Assembly: GCA_013002885.1 (NCBI GenBank)
Contig: JABDLS010000047.1
Coordinates: 17,351-81,350, forward strand
Length of the DNA: 64,000 nucleotides
Origin: Gemmatimonadota bacterium
GTDB taxonomy: Bacteria > Gemmatimonadota > Gemmatimonadetes > Longimicrobiales > Gaopeijiaceae
Reading direction: 5' to 3'
Positions 42,587 to 52,720 of this stretch are shown piece after piece. Numbering within the stretch: position 1 is the first letter of the stretch; the number at the start of each line of letters is the position of its first letter. The position numbers and the translations under genes were made by a program. Below the pieces are notes generated by a model. The model searched no databases. It was given only the letters and a program-made list of their open reading frames with translations, and was not told the origin of the DNA.

Positions 42587-43672
42587 GTGAAGCGCCTACC
42601 GTCGGACCCGGTCGCTTTGGTTCGGGCGACCATCGTGGCAGAGCTCGACGACGTCCGGGACGGGCCCGTCGTCGTTGCCCTGTCCGGTGGACTCGATTCG
42701 TGCGTCCTCCTGCACGCTTTGCGCTTTTCAACCGCCGTCGAGACGGCCCTCGTCGCCGCCCACTTCGACCACGGGATGCGTTCCGGCAGCCGGAGCGACG
42801 CAGCATGGGTCCGGGGCGTGTGTAAGGCATGGTCCGTGGATCTCGCCGAGGGAGGTGTGACGGGGTCGGCCACCGTACCGACGTCCGAGGACGAGGCCCG
42901 GGACCTCCGCTACGCCTTCCTCGGGGACGTCGCCGAGCAAAGGGGCGCGGTCCTCCTCACGGCCCATCACGCGGATGACCAGGCCGAGACGGTGCTCTTC
43001 CGGGCCCTGCGGGGCACGGGTATCGAGGGCCTGGCCGGCATTCCCCGTCGTCGCGTTCTGGACGTGGATGGAGACGTCGGGGTCACGGTGGTCCGGCCGC
43101 TGCTGAGCCTGACCCGCGACGATCTGGAGGCATACGCCCGCCAGTGCGTCGTTCCCTACCGACCCGACCCCTCCAACGAAAGCGCGTCCTTCGCTCGCAA
43201 CGTCCTCCGCCGCACGATTCTGCCTCTGGCCGAAGAAAAGGTGGCCCCGGGGGCTCGTCGATCCCTCGCCCGTCTCGCCGACATCGCCCGGGAAGAGGAG
43301 GCCGCATGGGCCGCGGCCATGCGGTTCGTCCTGCCGGCTCTGGACGTCCGCCCAGGGACGGAAGGCGACCTCGGGCGTCGGCCTGATGCGAAGCGATGCC
43401 TGTCGTGCCGGCGGGACGCGTTGGTGGAGGTCGGGCCTGCCCTCGCCGCCCGGGTTCTCCGGCGCATGGCCGGCGAGCACGGGCTGAACCTCGATCGTGA
43501 CACCACCCGTCGCGGCTTCGCCTTCGTCCAGAACAGCCAGAGCGGCCGGTACATCGAGCTCGGTCGGGGGGTCCAGCTCCATCTGAAGGAGGATCGCGTA
43601 ATCATCGTATCTTCTGAGAAGCCCGAGACCGATCCCATGAGAGGGTCGGCGTCCCTCGACCGAGCCGAATGA
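42587..43672 (+). CDS. tilS: tRNA(Ile)-lysidine synthetase
   Basis: PP-loop VVALSGGLDSCVLLHAL, AAHFDHGMR, HHADDQAETVLFR. GTG 42587 with GGGAG upstream. Confidence 0.9.
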   Translation: MKRLPSDPVALVRATIVAELDDVRDGPVVVALSGGLDSCVLLHALRFSTAVETALVAAHFDHGMRSGSRSDAAWVRGVCKAWSVDLAEGGVTGSATVPTSEDEARDLRYAFLGDVAEQRGAVLLTAHHADDQAETVLFRALRGTGIEGLAGIPRRRVLDVDGDVGVTVVRPLLSLTRDDLEAYARQCVVPYRPDPSNESASFARNVLRRTILPLAEEKVAPGARRSLARLADIAREEEAAWAAAMRFVLPALDVRPGTEGDLGRRPDAKRCLSCRRDALVEVGPALAARVLRRMAGEHGLNLDRDTTRRGFAFVQNSQSGRYIELGRGVQLHLKEDRVIIVSSEKPETDPMRGSASLDRAE

Positions 43673-44259
43673 CCGACACCCGCCCTTCCGAGTCCTCGGA
43701 CCGCCCGCCGACCGGTAGTCTCGTGCCCGATCCTCGATTGGGGGGACACCGCATTCGTGGAGTCGTCTTCGACGCCCACCAGATTCAGGCCAGGGTGCGG
43801 GAGCTGGCTGCCGAGATCAGCGAAGCCTATGGAACCGAGGACCGCCTCCTCGTGCTCTGCCTCCTGAAAGGCGCGTTCCTGTTCACCTCAGACCTCGTGC
43901 GCCACATCACACTCCCGGTGCAGCTCGACTTCATGGTGGCGGCGAGCTACGGAGACGCGAAGGAGACCAGCGGAGAGGTCACGGTCCGATACGATCCGCC
44001 CATGGATCTGACGGGTCGAGCCGTGCTCCTGGTAGAGGACATCATCGACACGGGAACGACACTTGCGGCCCTCGTTCCTCGTCTGGTGGAACAGGGTGCC
44101 GCCAGGGTGGATGTCTGCGCCTTGCTGCACAAGCGGGAGCCGACAGCCGTGGTCGAGGCACGCTGGGTGGGATTCGATGCACCCAATTCGTTCCTAGTGG
44201 GGTACGGACTCGACCACGCTGAAGACTTTCGTCAATTACCTTATATCGCCAGCCTATAA
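43669..44259 (+). CDS. hpt: hypoxanthine phosphoribosyltransferase
   Basis: PRPP-binding LLVEDIIDTGTTL and FLVGYGLD. ATGA overlap with tilS. About 30-aa N-terminal extension. Confidence 0.92.
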   Translation: MTDTRPSESSDRPPTGSLVPDPRLGGHRIRGVVFDAHQIQARVRELAAEISEAYGTEDRLLVLCLLKGAFLFTSDLVRHITLPVQLDFMVAASYGDAKETSGEVTVRYDPPMDLTGRAVLLVEDIIDTGTTLAALVPRLVEQGAARVDVCALLHKREPTAVVEARWVGFDAPNSFLVGYGLDHAEDFRQLPYIASL

Positions 44260-44300
44260 GGACCGGCCTGACGCGGCCAACGGTCCGATACCAGTAGACG

Positions 44301-46298
<1,998 letters not shown>

Positions 46299-46359
46299 TT
46301 TCGGTACTCCATCGTTGTCGGAGGTCGTACCTTGGTAGCGATCGCCTCCCTTCGACCGT

Positions 46360-47187
46360 GTGGAGCGGCCTGACGTGACGTTGATACTGGAACAGCTCCA
46401 GTTCTTGCGACCGGGTTGGACCGACCTGGTCGAGATCCTCATCGTCGCGTTCCTGCTGTACCGTCTTCTGCTGGTGCTCCAGCGGACGCGGGCCATGCAG
46501 ATCATGCTGGGTGTGGTCGCGCTGGCCCTCTTGTACGGCGCGTCACGGCTTCTGGATCTCATCCTCATCCGCACCATGCTCGAAGCGGCGTTTCAGTATG
46601 GGGCCATCGCCGTCCTCGTCGTTTTCCAGCCCGAACTGCGATCGGCTCTGGCCCGTCTCGGCCGCAGTCGGATGATGAGGGCCTTCCAGCGTATGGAAGG
46701 GAGCCGCGTCACCGAAGAGATCGTCGAGGCGGTCGAGCGGCTGTCCCATGCCCGGCATGGGGCTATCATCGCTATCGAGCAGGAGATCGGCCTCGACGAG
46801 TATGCGGAAACGGGTAGCCCCGTCGATGCACGGGTCTCCGCCGAGATGCTTACGACGATCTTCACCCCCTACTCGCCGCTCCACGACGGGGCCGTCCTGG
46901 TCGTCGGCGACCAGATTCGCACTGCGGGTGCCATCCTACCGCTTACCCAGTCCACGGTGAAGGACCGCTCGCTGGGCACTCGGCACCGGGCGGCCCTGGG
47001 ACTCAGCGAAGAGACCGACGCCATCGTCATCGTCGTGAGTGAAGAGACCTCCCAGGTGTCGTTGGCCGTGGGTGGACGCCTGGACAGGGACGTGGGCATG
47101 GAGCGACTGCGCGAGACCCTGGTAGGAGCTGCACCGGCGAGCGAGTCGCCGTTGGTATCGCCCAAGTCCGTGTTGTCGCCCTCCTGA
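46360..47187 (+). CDS. cdaA: diadenylate cyclase CdaA (membrane-anchored DAC domain)
   Basis: Three N-terminal TM segments. DAC motifs LHDGAVLV and GTRHRAALGLSEETDAIVIVVSEETSQVSLA. Confidence 0.9.
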   Translation: MERPDVTLILEQLQFLRPGWTDLVEILIVAFLLYRLLLVLQRTRAMQIMLGVVALALLYGASRLLDLILIRTMLEAAFQYGAIAVLVVFQPELRSALARLGRSRMMRAFQRMEGSRVTEEIVEAVERLSHARHGAIIAIEQEIGLDEYAETGSPVDARVSAEMLTTIFTPYSPLHDGAVLVVGDQIRTAGAILPLTQSTVKDRSLGTRHRAALGLSEETDAIVIVVSEETSQVSLAVGGRLDRDVGMERLRETLVGAAPASESPLVSPKSVLSPS

Positions 47188-47271
47188 CCTCGCGGCGCAT
47201 GTCCGGGGGATCCGCTCTTCCAGTGGTAATCAAGGCCTCGAAGACCGCGTAGGTACATTGCAGACGGCGCG

Positions 47272-47301
47272 TTGACACTCTGGCGGGCCACGGCCTAGAT
47301 T
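47272..47301 (+). promoter_or_regulatory. candidate sigma70-type promoter TTGACA-N18-TAGATT upstream of exbB
   Basis: Perfect -35 at 47272-47277 and a 4/6 -10 at 47296-47301, inside a 193-nt gap. An 8-bp-stem hairpin (GCGTCGGA...TCCGACGC, 47315-47343) follows. Confidence 0.4.
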
Positions 47302-47380
47302 GCCGAGTCTCAAAGCGTCGGACGGCATCGGTCGATCCGACGCTGAATTTCAGATACAGGTAACGAGGAGCGACGACTCC

Positions 47381-48172
47381 GTGGAATATCGGCTACTGAC
47401 TCTTTTCGCCGACGGCGGGCTGATGATGTACCCGCTCGTACTGTGCTCGATGATCGCGCTGGGTGTGATGATCGCGAAGTTCTTCACGCTCCACATCGCG
47501 CACAAAGGCACCAGCCGGGTTCTCACCGAAGTGGAAGAGCTCGCTCTTTCCGGTGACATCGCGGGGGCCATCGAGGTCGCCCGGGACACCCCCGGTCCTG
47601 CCTCGGCCATCCTCCTCGCCGGTCTCCGCCGTCTCGAGACCAAGAAGCTGAATGCCGGTGAGCTCGAGTCGATGATCGCCACGACGGGGACCATCGAACT
47701 CGGCTTTCTCGAGCGCGGTCTCGTGATTCTCGCCACCGTTGCCAACGTCGCCCCTCTCATGGGCTTCCTCGGTACGGTGGCTGGGATGATCCTGGCTTTC
47801 GCCGCCATCGAGCAGGCGGGGAACGTGGAGCCGTCCCTCGTCGCGGGCGGTATCAAGGTGGCGCTGCTCACCACGGCATCTGGACTCGTCATCGCCGTTC
47901 CGGTGAATATCGGCTACAACTTCTTCGTGACCCGTATCGACCAGCTCATCGTCGACATGGAGCACGGCGCGCAGAAGATCATCAACCTGGCTTGGGACCT
48001 GGAGAAGGACGGCAAGATCGAGATCATCCCGAGAGGCGATGATCGTTGGCCGGCCAAGGAGGGCTTCGCAGCGAAGGCCGCGGCGTCCAGTCCGCCGCCC
48101 AGTCCGACGCCCAACAAGCCGGACATGGGAGCCGGAGAGGCTTCGGGTTCGGCGGGGGAAAGTGGGGAGTAG
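47381..48172 (+). CDS. exbB: MotA/TolQ/ExbB proton-channel protein
   Basis: GGLMMYPLVLCS..., GTIELGFLERGL, ATVANVAPLMGFLGTVAGM. GTG 47381 with GAGGAG 10 nt upstream. Unusual Pro/Ser/Gly/Glu C-terminal tail. Confidence 0.88.
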   Translation: MEYRLLTLFADGGLMMYPLVLCSMIALGVMIAKFFTLHIAHKGTSRVLTEVEELALSGDIAGAIEVARDTPGPASAILLAGLRRLETKKLNAGELESMIATTGTIELGFLERGLVILATVANVAPLMGFLGTVAGMILAFAAIEQAGNVEPSLVAGGIKVALLTTASGLVIAVPVNIGYNFFVTRIDQLIVDMEHGAQKIINLAWDLEKDGKIEIIPRGDDRWPAKEGFAAKAAASSPPPSPTPNKPDMGAGEASGSAGESGE

Positions 48173-48237
48173 GAACGCAGGACGCGGAACACGCAGGGCT
48201 CCGACTCAGTACTTGTAACGAAACAGAGGAAAAACGG

Positions 48238-48663
48238 ATGGCTGTTCTCAACAACAAGAAGTCGAAGGTGAGCGATGAGGTCCCGACTTCGTCGATGGCC
48301 GACATCGCGTTCCTTCTGCTGATCTTCTTCCTGGTTACGACCACCTTCCCCAAGGACAAGGGGCTGGGTGTCGTGCTCCCGGAGCCGGGTGAAGAAGCCC
48401 AGGTCAGTCAGAAGAACATCCTGCACCTCATCGTCCAGCCCACGGGCATCGTGGACGTGAAGCGGGGTGAGAGCACCCAGATCCAACAGATGCGTCCGCG
48501 GGAGATCGAAGGGCTGTGGCGACAGGAAGTCTCCGCCAATCCGAATCTCATCGCGGCGGTGAAGACCCACCCCGACGCCTCCTACAAGTTCATGATGGAC
48601 GTGCTCGACGCGCTCCACACGGCGAATGCCGAGCGGATCTCGCTGCAGGTCCTGGAGAACTGA
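48238..48663 (+). CDS. exbD: ExbD/TolR biopolymer transport protein
   Basis: VPTSSMADIAFLLLIFFLVTTTF. ATG 48238 chosen because the track start 48046 overlaps exbB. Confidence 0.9.
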   Translation: MAVLNNKKSKVSDEVPTSSMADIAFLLLIFFLVTTTFPKDKGLGVVLPEPGEEAQVSQKNILHLIVQPTGIVDVKRGESTQIQQMRPREIEGLWRQEVSANPNLIAAVKTHPDASYKFMMDVLDALHTANAERISLQVLEN

Positions 48664-48666
48664 CGG

Positions 48667-49116
48667 ATGTCGATCAAGGGTGGTGGTTTCGAGAAGAGCT
48701 CCAAGGCGTCGTCCGAGGTCCCCTCGTCGTCGCTCGCGGACATTGCATTCCTTCTCCTGATCTTCTTCATGGTGACGACGGTCTTCCAGCAGGACCGCGA
48801 CCGTCCCATCGAGTGGCCCGAAGCCGAGGCCGCGGAGAAGATCGACGAGAAGCAGAAGAACATCCTCAACATCTGGATGGAGCGGGACGGTTCGATCTTC
48901 ATCAACGATCAGCCGGTTCCCATGGTTGACGTCTCGCAGATCGTGGCTCCGCTTTACGCGGACTCCGAGCGGGCCCTCGTCATTTCCATCCGCGGTGATC
49001 GGGATGTGCCCTACCGGTTCATGGATCAGGTCCAACAGGAGCTGGTCGCCGCCGGTGTCGTGCGGGTCGTTTTTGCCGCACAGATGGAACAGGCCATGCA
49101 GAGGGAGAGACGATGA
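48667..49116 (+). CDS. exbD: ExbD/TolR biopolymer transport protein (second copy)
   Basis: VPSSSLADIAFLLLIFFMVTTVF. Lies 3 nt after the previous stop. Confidence 0.9.
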   Translation: MSIKGGGFEKSSKASSEVPSSSLADIAFLLLIFFMVTTVFQQDRDRPIEWPEAEAAEKIDEKQKNILNIWMERDGSIFINDQPVPMVDVSQIVAPLYADSERALVISIRGDRDVPYRFMDQVQQELVAAGVVRVVFAAQMEQAMQRERR

Positions 49117-49790
49117 CACCTGAAGCCGTAACAGCCCCTGAAATGCAGCCGTCGGCCAACGATCGACTGAAGAGCACTTTCAATTCGTGGTTCTGGGGGT
49201 CGATGATCGCCGCCACGGTGGTGCACTTCGGAACGTTCGCGCTCTGGCCGGAACTGCAGGCCGAGGATTTCTCGTTCGAAAGTGAGGAGCTGGAGGCCAT
49301 CGAGCTCCCACCGGAGATCGAGATCCCGCCGCCGCCTCAGCAGATTTCGCGCCCCGCCACGCCCGTCATGGCGAGCGCCGAGATCGACGAGGACATCACC
49401 ATTGCCCCGACGACGTTCGAAGAGAACCCCGTCGAGGACTTGCCGCCGCCGCCTGAAGAGGAAGCGACGGACCTGTCGGCGCAGCCGACGTTCACTCCCT
49501 TCACCGTGGCGCCGACGATTCAGAATCGTCAGGAAGTCGTCCGCGCGATGACGCGTGAGTATCCGCCGCTCCTGCGCGACGCGGGTATCGGTGGAACGGT
49601 CCTGGTCTACTTCTTCATCGACGAGAGCGGGGTCGTACAGGACTACCGGATCCACGAGAGCTCGGGCCACCAGGCACTCGATGACGCGGCCTTGGCCGTT
49701 GCCGACGTGTACCGCTTCACGGCTGCGCTCAACCGGGACAAGAAAGTTCCCGTCTGGGTCCAATTCCCGATTACCTTCCAGGTTCGATAA
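49113..49790 (+). CDS. tonB: energy transducer TonB
   Basis: N-terminal TM segment, Pro/Glu-rich spacer (PPEIEIPPPP, LPPPPEEE). TonB C-terminal domain YPPLLRDAGIGGTVLVYFFIDESG...VWVQFPITF. ATGA overlap. Confidence 0.9.
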   Translation: MTPEAVTAPEMQPSANDRLKSTFNSWFWGSMIAATVVHFGTFALWPELQAEDFSFESEELEAIELPPEIEIPPPPQQISRPATPVMASAEIDEDITIAPTTFEENPVEDLPPPPEEEATDLSAQPTFTPFTVAPTIQNRQEVVRAMTREYPPLLRDAGIGGTVLVYFFIDESGVVQDYRIHESSGHQALDDAALAVADVYRFTAALNRDKKVPVWVQFPITFQVR

Positions 49791-49813
49791 CCCGGAGCCT
49801 GGGAATCCTCGAA

Positions 49814-49852
49814 GGGACCCCGCCGGTGCTCCGGCGGGGTCCCTTCTTTATT
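49814..49852 (+). terminator. rho-independent terminator after tonB
   Basis: 13-bp perfect stem GGGACCCCGCCGG-tgct-CCGGCGGGGTCCC, followed by TTCTTTATT. Confidence 0.85.
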
Positions 49853-49877
49853 GTATGTGCGTGAGCCATCCAGAATC

Positions 49878-50594
49878 ATGACCTCCGCGACCATCAGCTA
49901 CACGGAACGCCTGACCGAGACGGTGCCGGCGGTAAGGGAGAGCATCAACGATGCCGCCCACGCCGCGGGTCGCAACGTCGAGGAGGTTCGGCTCGTGGCC
50001 GTCACGAAGGGCCACCCGTTCGAAGCCGTGGATGCGGCCCTGGCTGCGGGACTCACCGATCTCGGCGAGAACCGAGTGGCCGAGATGGAGGAGAAGGTCG
50101 CCCACTACGGTTCGGAATCCGTGGTCTGGCACATGATCGGCCATATCCAGAGCCGAAAGGCCGGACGGGTGGCGGAGGCGGCGGCCATGGTCCACTCCGT
50201 CGACTCGTTGAAGCTCGCACGGAAGCTGTCCCGGGCCGCGGAGGAAGGCAGCGCGCCCCTGAACGTCCTGGTGCAGATGAACACATCGGGGGAAGAAGCG
50301 AAGTACGGCTTCGCTCCCGAGGAGGGATACGACGCTGTATTGGAGATGAGCGAGATGACTGGGCTGAACGTTCGAGGGCTGATGACCATGGCTCCCTTCG
50401 ACGACGACGAGGGGGTCCTGGGCTCGACCTTTTCCGGTCTGAGAAAGCTCTCCGAGCGACTCCAGTCGGCGAGCGAACAAGTGGGTCCCGAGCTTTCCAT
50501 GGGCATGACCAACGACCTGGACATCGCCATTCGCGAAGGCAGCACCATAGTCCGCATCGGCACGGCACTCTTCGGCGAACGAGATCGAAAATGA
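49878..50594 (+). CDS. yggS: YggS-family pyridoxal-phosphate homeostasis protein
   Basis: VRLVAVTKGHP (PLP Lys), WHMIGHIQSRK, LSMGMTNDL. ATG 49878 chosen because the track start 49851 lies inside the terminator T-tract. Confidence 0.88.
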   Translation: MTSATISYTERLTETVPAVRESINDAAHAAGRNVEEVRLVAVTKGHPFEAVDAALAAGLTDLGENRVAEMEEKVAHYGSESVVWHMIGHIQSRKAGRVAEAAAMVHSVDSLKLARKLSRAAEEGSAPLNVLVQMNTSGEEAKYGFAPEEGYDAVLEMSEMTGLNVRGLMTMAPFDDDEGVLGSTFSGLRKLSERLQSASEQVGPELSMGMTNDLDIAIREGSTIVRIGTALFGERDRK

Positions 50595-51859
50595 TCGACC
50601 TGACACCGCTGGACGTCCGCAACAAGCGCGGCGACTTCAAGAAGCTGATGCGGGGGTACGACCCGCAGGAAGTGGACGTCTTCCTGGAGTTGGTTGCCGA
50701 GCGCCTGGAGGCCCTGGTACGCGAGAACATCCAGCTCCGGGATCGGACCACCGCTCTGCAAGTGCAGGTGGAGGCTCAGACCGGTCGTGAGCAGGCGGTC
50801 CAGGACGCACTGGTCACCGCCCAGGAGCTGCGGAAAGACATTCGCGAGCAGTCGCAGCGAGAGGCCGATCACATCATGCGGGAAGCCGAAGGTGAGGCTC
50901 GGCGCATGATCACCGAGGCCGAAGCGGAGGTGCGCTCGCGTCTTCGCGGCGTCCAACACCGGTTGGACGAGTCTCGGGACTCCCTGGAGAAGCTGGAGCG
51001 GCGGCGTCAGCGCTTCCTCCATGAGTTCCGCGGACTCCTCCAGCGAGAACTGGACGTGGTCCAGGTGGAAGAAGAGCGGGTCCCGCTGGAAGAGCGGACG
51101 GTGGATCTGGAACTGGGTGGTCATCGAGGGTCGTCGGCGATGGGGTCGCCAGGAGCCGGCTTGGTCGGAGAGGGCTCCCCCGTGGTAGATGAGGCGTTCC
51201 CCGCGGTCGATGAGGTGACCTCCGAGGTCGAAGACCCGGGCGCTGAGGCCGACGACGCATCTCCCGGAGTCGAGGAGACCTCGGACGAAGCCGATCAAGC
51301 CTCCCACGGAGTCGAGGGGTCCCCCGATGAGGCGTCCCTGGTCGAGGATGGCTCCGGTACAGTCGAGCTCGTGGACTTCAGTGGCGATGAATACGACCGG
51401 GCCTCGGCACCCGAGAGTGCCGACTCGAGCGAGGAGGCGGACGAGGTTACACCAGAGCCCCCCACCGAGCCGGCATCCAACGGCTCGGAAAGTGGGGACG
51501 GGAAGGAGGAGGCACGACCCGAGGAGTCTCCCCCTGTCGATGTCGCCGACCTGGGACCCAAAGCCATGCACGCGGCCGATGGAGCCGCGGCGCCACCTAC
51601 TCCGACCGTGGCGAGCGAGCCGTCGGCTCTCGAACTCGAGCTCATGGCCAGCGCCACACCCGAGGCCCTCTCGGGGGACTACCCCGACGTGCCCGACCTC
51701 GAGACCGTGCTCGCCGAAGCGGGGATCGACGAGGTGAGGCCGCCGGCGGACGAGGAGATCTCTCCGCCTCCAGCGAGCCGAAACCCGTCGCGCGACGATG
51801 CTCGTCGGCCCGAGGATCGGCTTGTGTTCGACAAGGACAAGAAGGGCAGGCAGGGCTGA
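50591..51859 (+). CDS. divIVA: DivIVA-domain protein with long acidic low-complexity C-terminal region
   Basis: N-terminus LTPLDVRNKRGDFKKLMRGYDPQEVDVFLELVAERLE plus coiled coil. The remaining ~250 aa are rich in D, E, P, S and A. ATGA overlap with yggS. Confidence 0.85.
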   Translation: MIDLTPLDVRNKRGDFKKLMRGYDPQEVDVFLELVAERLEALVRENIQLRDRTTALQVQVEAQTGREQAVQDALVTAQELRKDIREQSQREADHIMREAEGEARRMITEAEAEVRSRLRGVQHRLDESRDSLEKLERRRQRFLHEFRGLLQRELDVVQVEEERVPLEERTVDLELGGHRGSSAMGSPGAGLVGEGSPVVDEAFPAVDEVTSEVEDPGAEADDASPGVEETSDEADQASHGVEGSPDEASLVEDGSGTVELVDFSGDEYDRASAPESADSSEEADEVTPEPPTEPASNGSESGDGKEEARPEESPPVDVADLGPKAMHAADGAAAPPTPTVASEPSALELELMASATPEALSGDYPDVPDLETVLAEAGIDEVRPPADEEISPPPASRNPSRDDARRPEDRLVFDKDKKGRQG

Positions 51860-51870
51860 CGGCCAGGAAC

Positions 51871-52695
51871 ATGAGTCAAGATCTGAGGCACCGGGTCGAC
51901 GAGTGCGCCGAGGCTATCAAGGGGCGCCCCGGCGCCCGTCCCACCGTCGGGATCGTCCTGGGCACCGGGCTAGGTGCGCTGGCGGACATGATCGACGTCG
52001 AGACTACGATCCCCTATGAGGAGTTGCCGGGCTTTCCGGTCCCGACCGTGGAGAGTCACTCGGGACGCCTAGTACTGGGCACGCTCGGCGGCACGCCGGT
52101 GGTGGCCATGCAGGGGCGCTTTCATCGGTACGAAGGCTACACCCTCCAGGAAGTCACCTTCCCTGTTCGAGTTCTGAAACGAGTGGGTGCCGAGACCCTT
52201 GTCGTTTCCAACGTGTCCGGCGGCATGAATCCGCTCTGGAGCGTCGGCGAGCTCGTCCTGATCGACGACCACATCAACCTGCTGGGCGACAGTCCGCTCA
52301 TCGGGCCCAACGACGAAGATTTCGGGCCGCGATTCCCCGATATGTCGGAGCCATATGACATCGGGCTTCAGGAGATGGCCCTGGAAGCCGCATTGGAGTT
52401 GAATATCCGGCTGAACCGAGGCGTATACGTGGCCGTGTCCGGACCCCAGCTCGAGACCCGCGCCGAGTACCGGATGCTCCGGGGTCTCGGCGCCGACGTG
52501 GTAGGAATGTCCACGGTTCCAGAGGTGATCGTCGCCCGGCACATGAGTATGCGAGTGCTGGGCCTCAGCATCATTACCGACGCGTGTCTGCCCGATGCGC
52601 TCGAGCCCGTCGACGTTTCCGCTATCATCGCCGCCGCCGCCGAGGCAGAACCCCAACTGACCCGACTCATCGAGCGGGTCGTGAGCCGAATCTAG
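51871..52695 (+). CDS. purine-nucleoside phosphorylase (PNP/MTAP trimeric family)
   Basis: VESHSGRLVLG, GRFHRYEGY, VSGPQLETRAE, GMSTVPEV. Confidence 0.9.
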   Translation: MSQDLRHRVDECAEAIKGRPGARPTVGIVLGTGLGALADMIDVETTIPYEELPGFPVPTVESHSGRLVLGTLGGTPVVAMQGRFHRYEGYTLQEVTFPVRVLKRVGAETLVVSNVSGGMNPLWSVGELVLIDDHINLLGDSPLIGPNDEDFGPRFPDMSEPYDIGLQEMALEAALELNIRLNRGVYVAVSGPQLETRAEYRMLRGLGADVVGMSTVPEVIVARHMSMRVLGLSIITDACLPDALEPVDVSAIIAAAAEAEPQLTRLIERVVSRI

Positions 52696-52720
52696 AACCG
52701 CTTTCCAGCGACTCATCCCC

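Noticed and set aside
40993-42873. The upstream 627 codons of the 921-aa minus-strand ORF (40108-42873), the longest ORF in this part of the track.
   Set aside because: This part is antisense to three + strand genes with clear family motifs (the 171-aa protein, GDPD and tilS). Its translation is Arg/Pro/Gly/Ser-rich junk. A lipoprotein signal peptide with its own ATG begins at 40992. Only 40108-40992 is kept.
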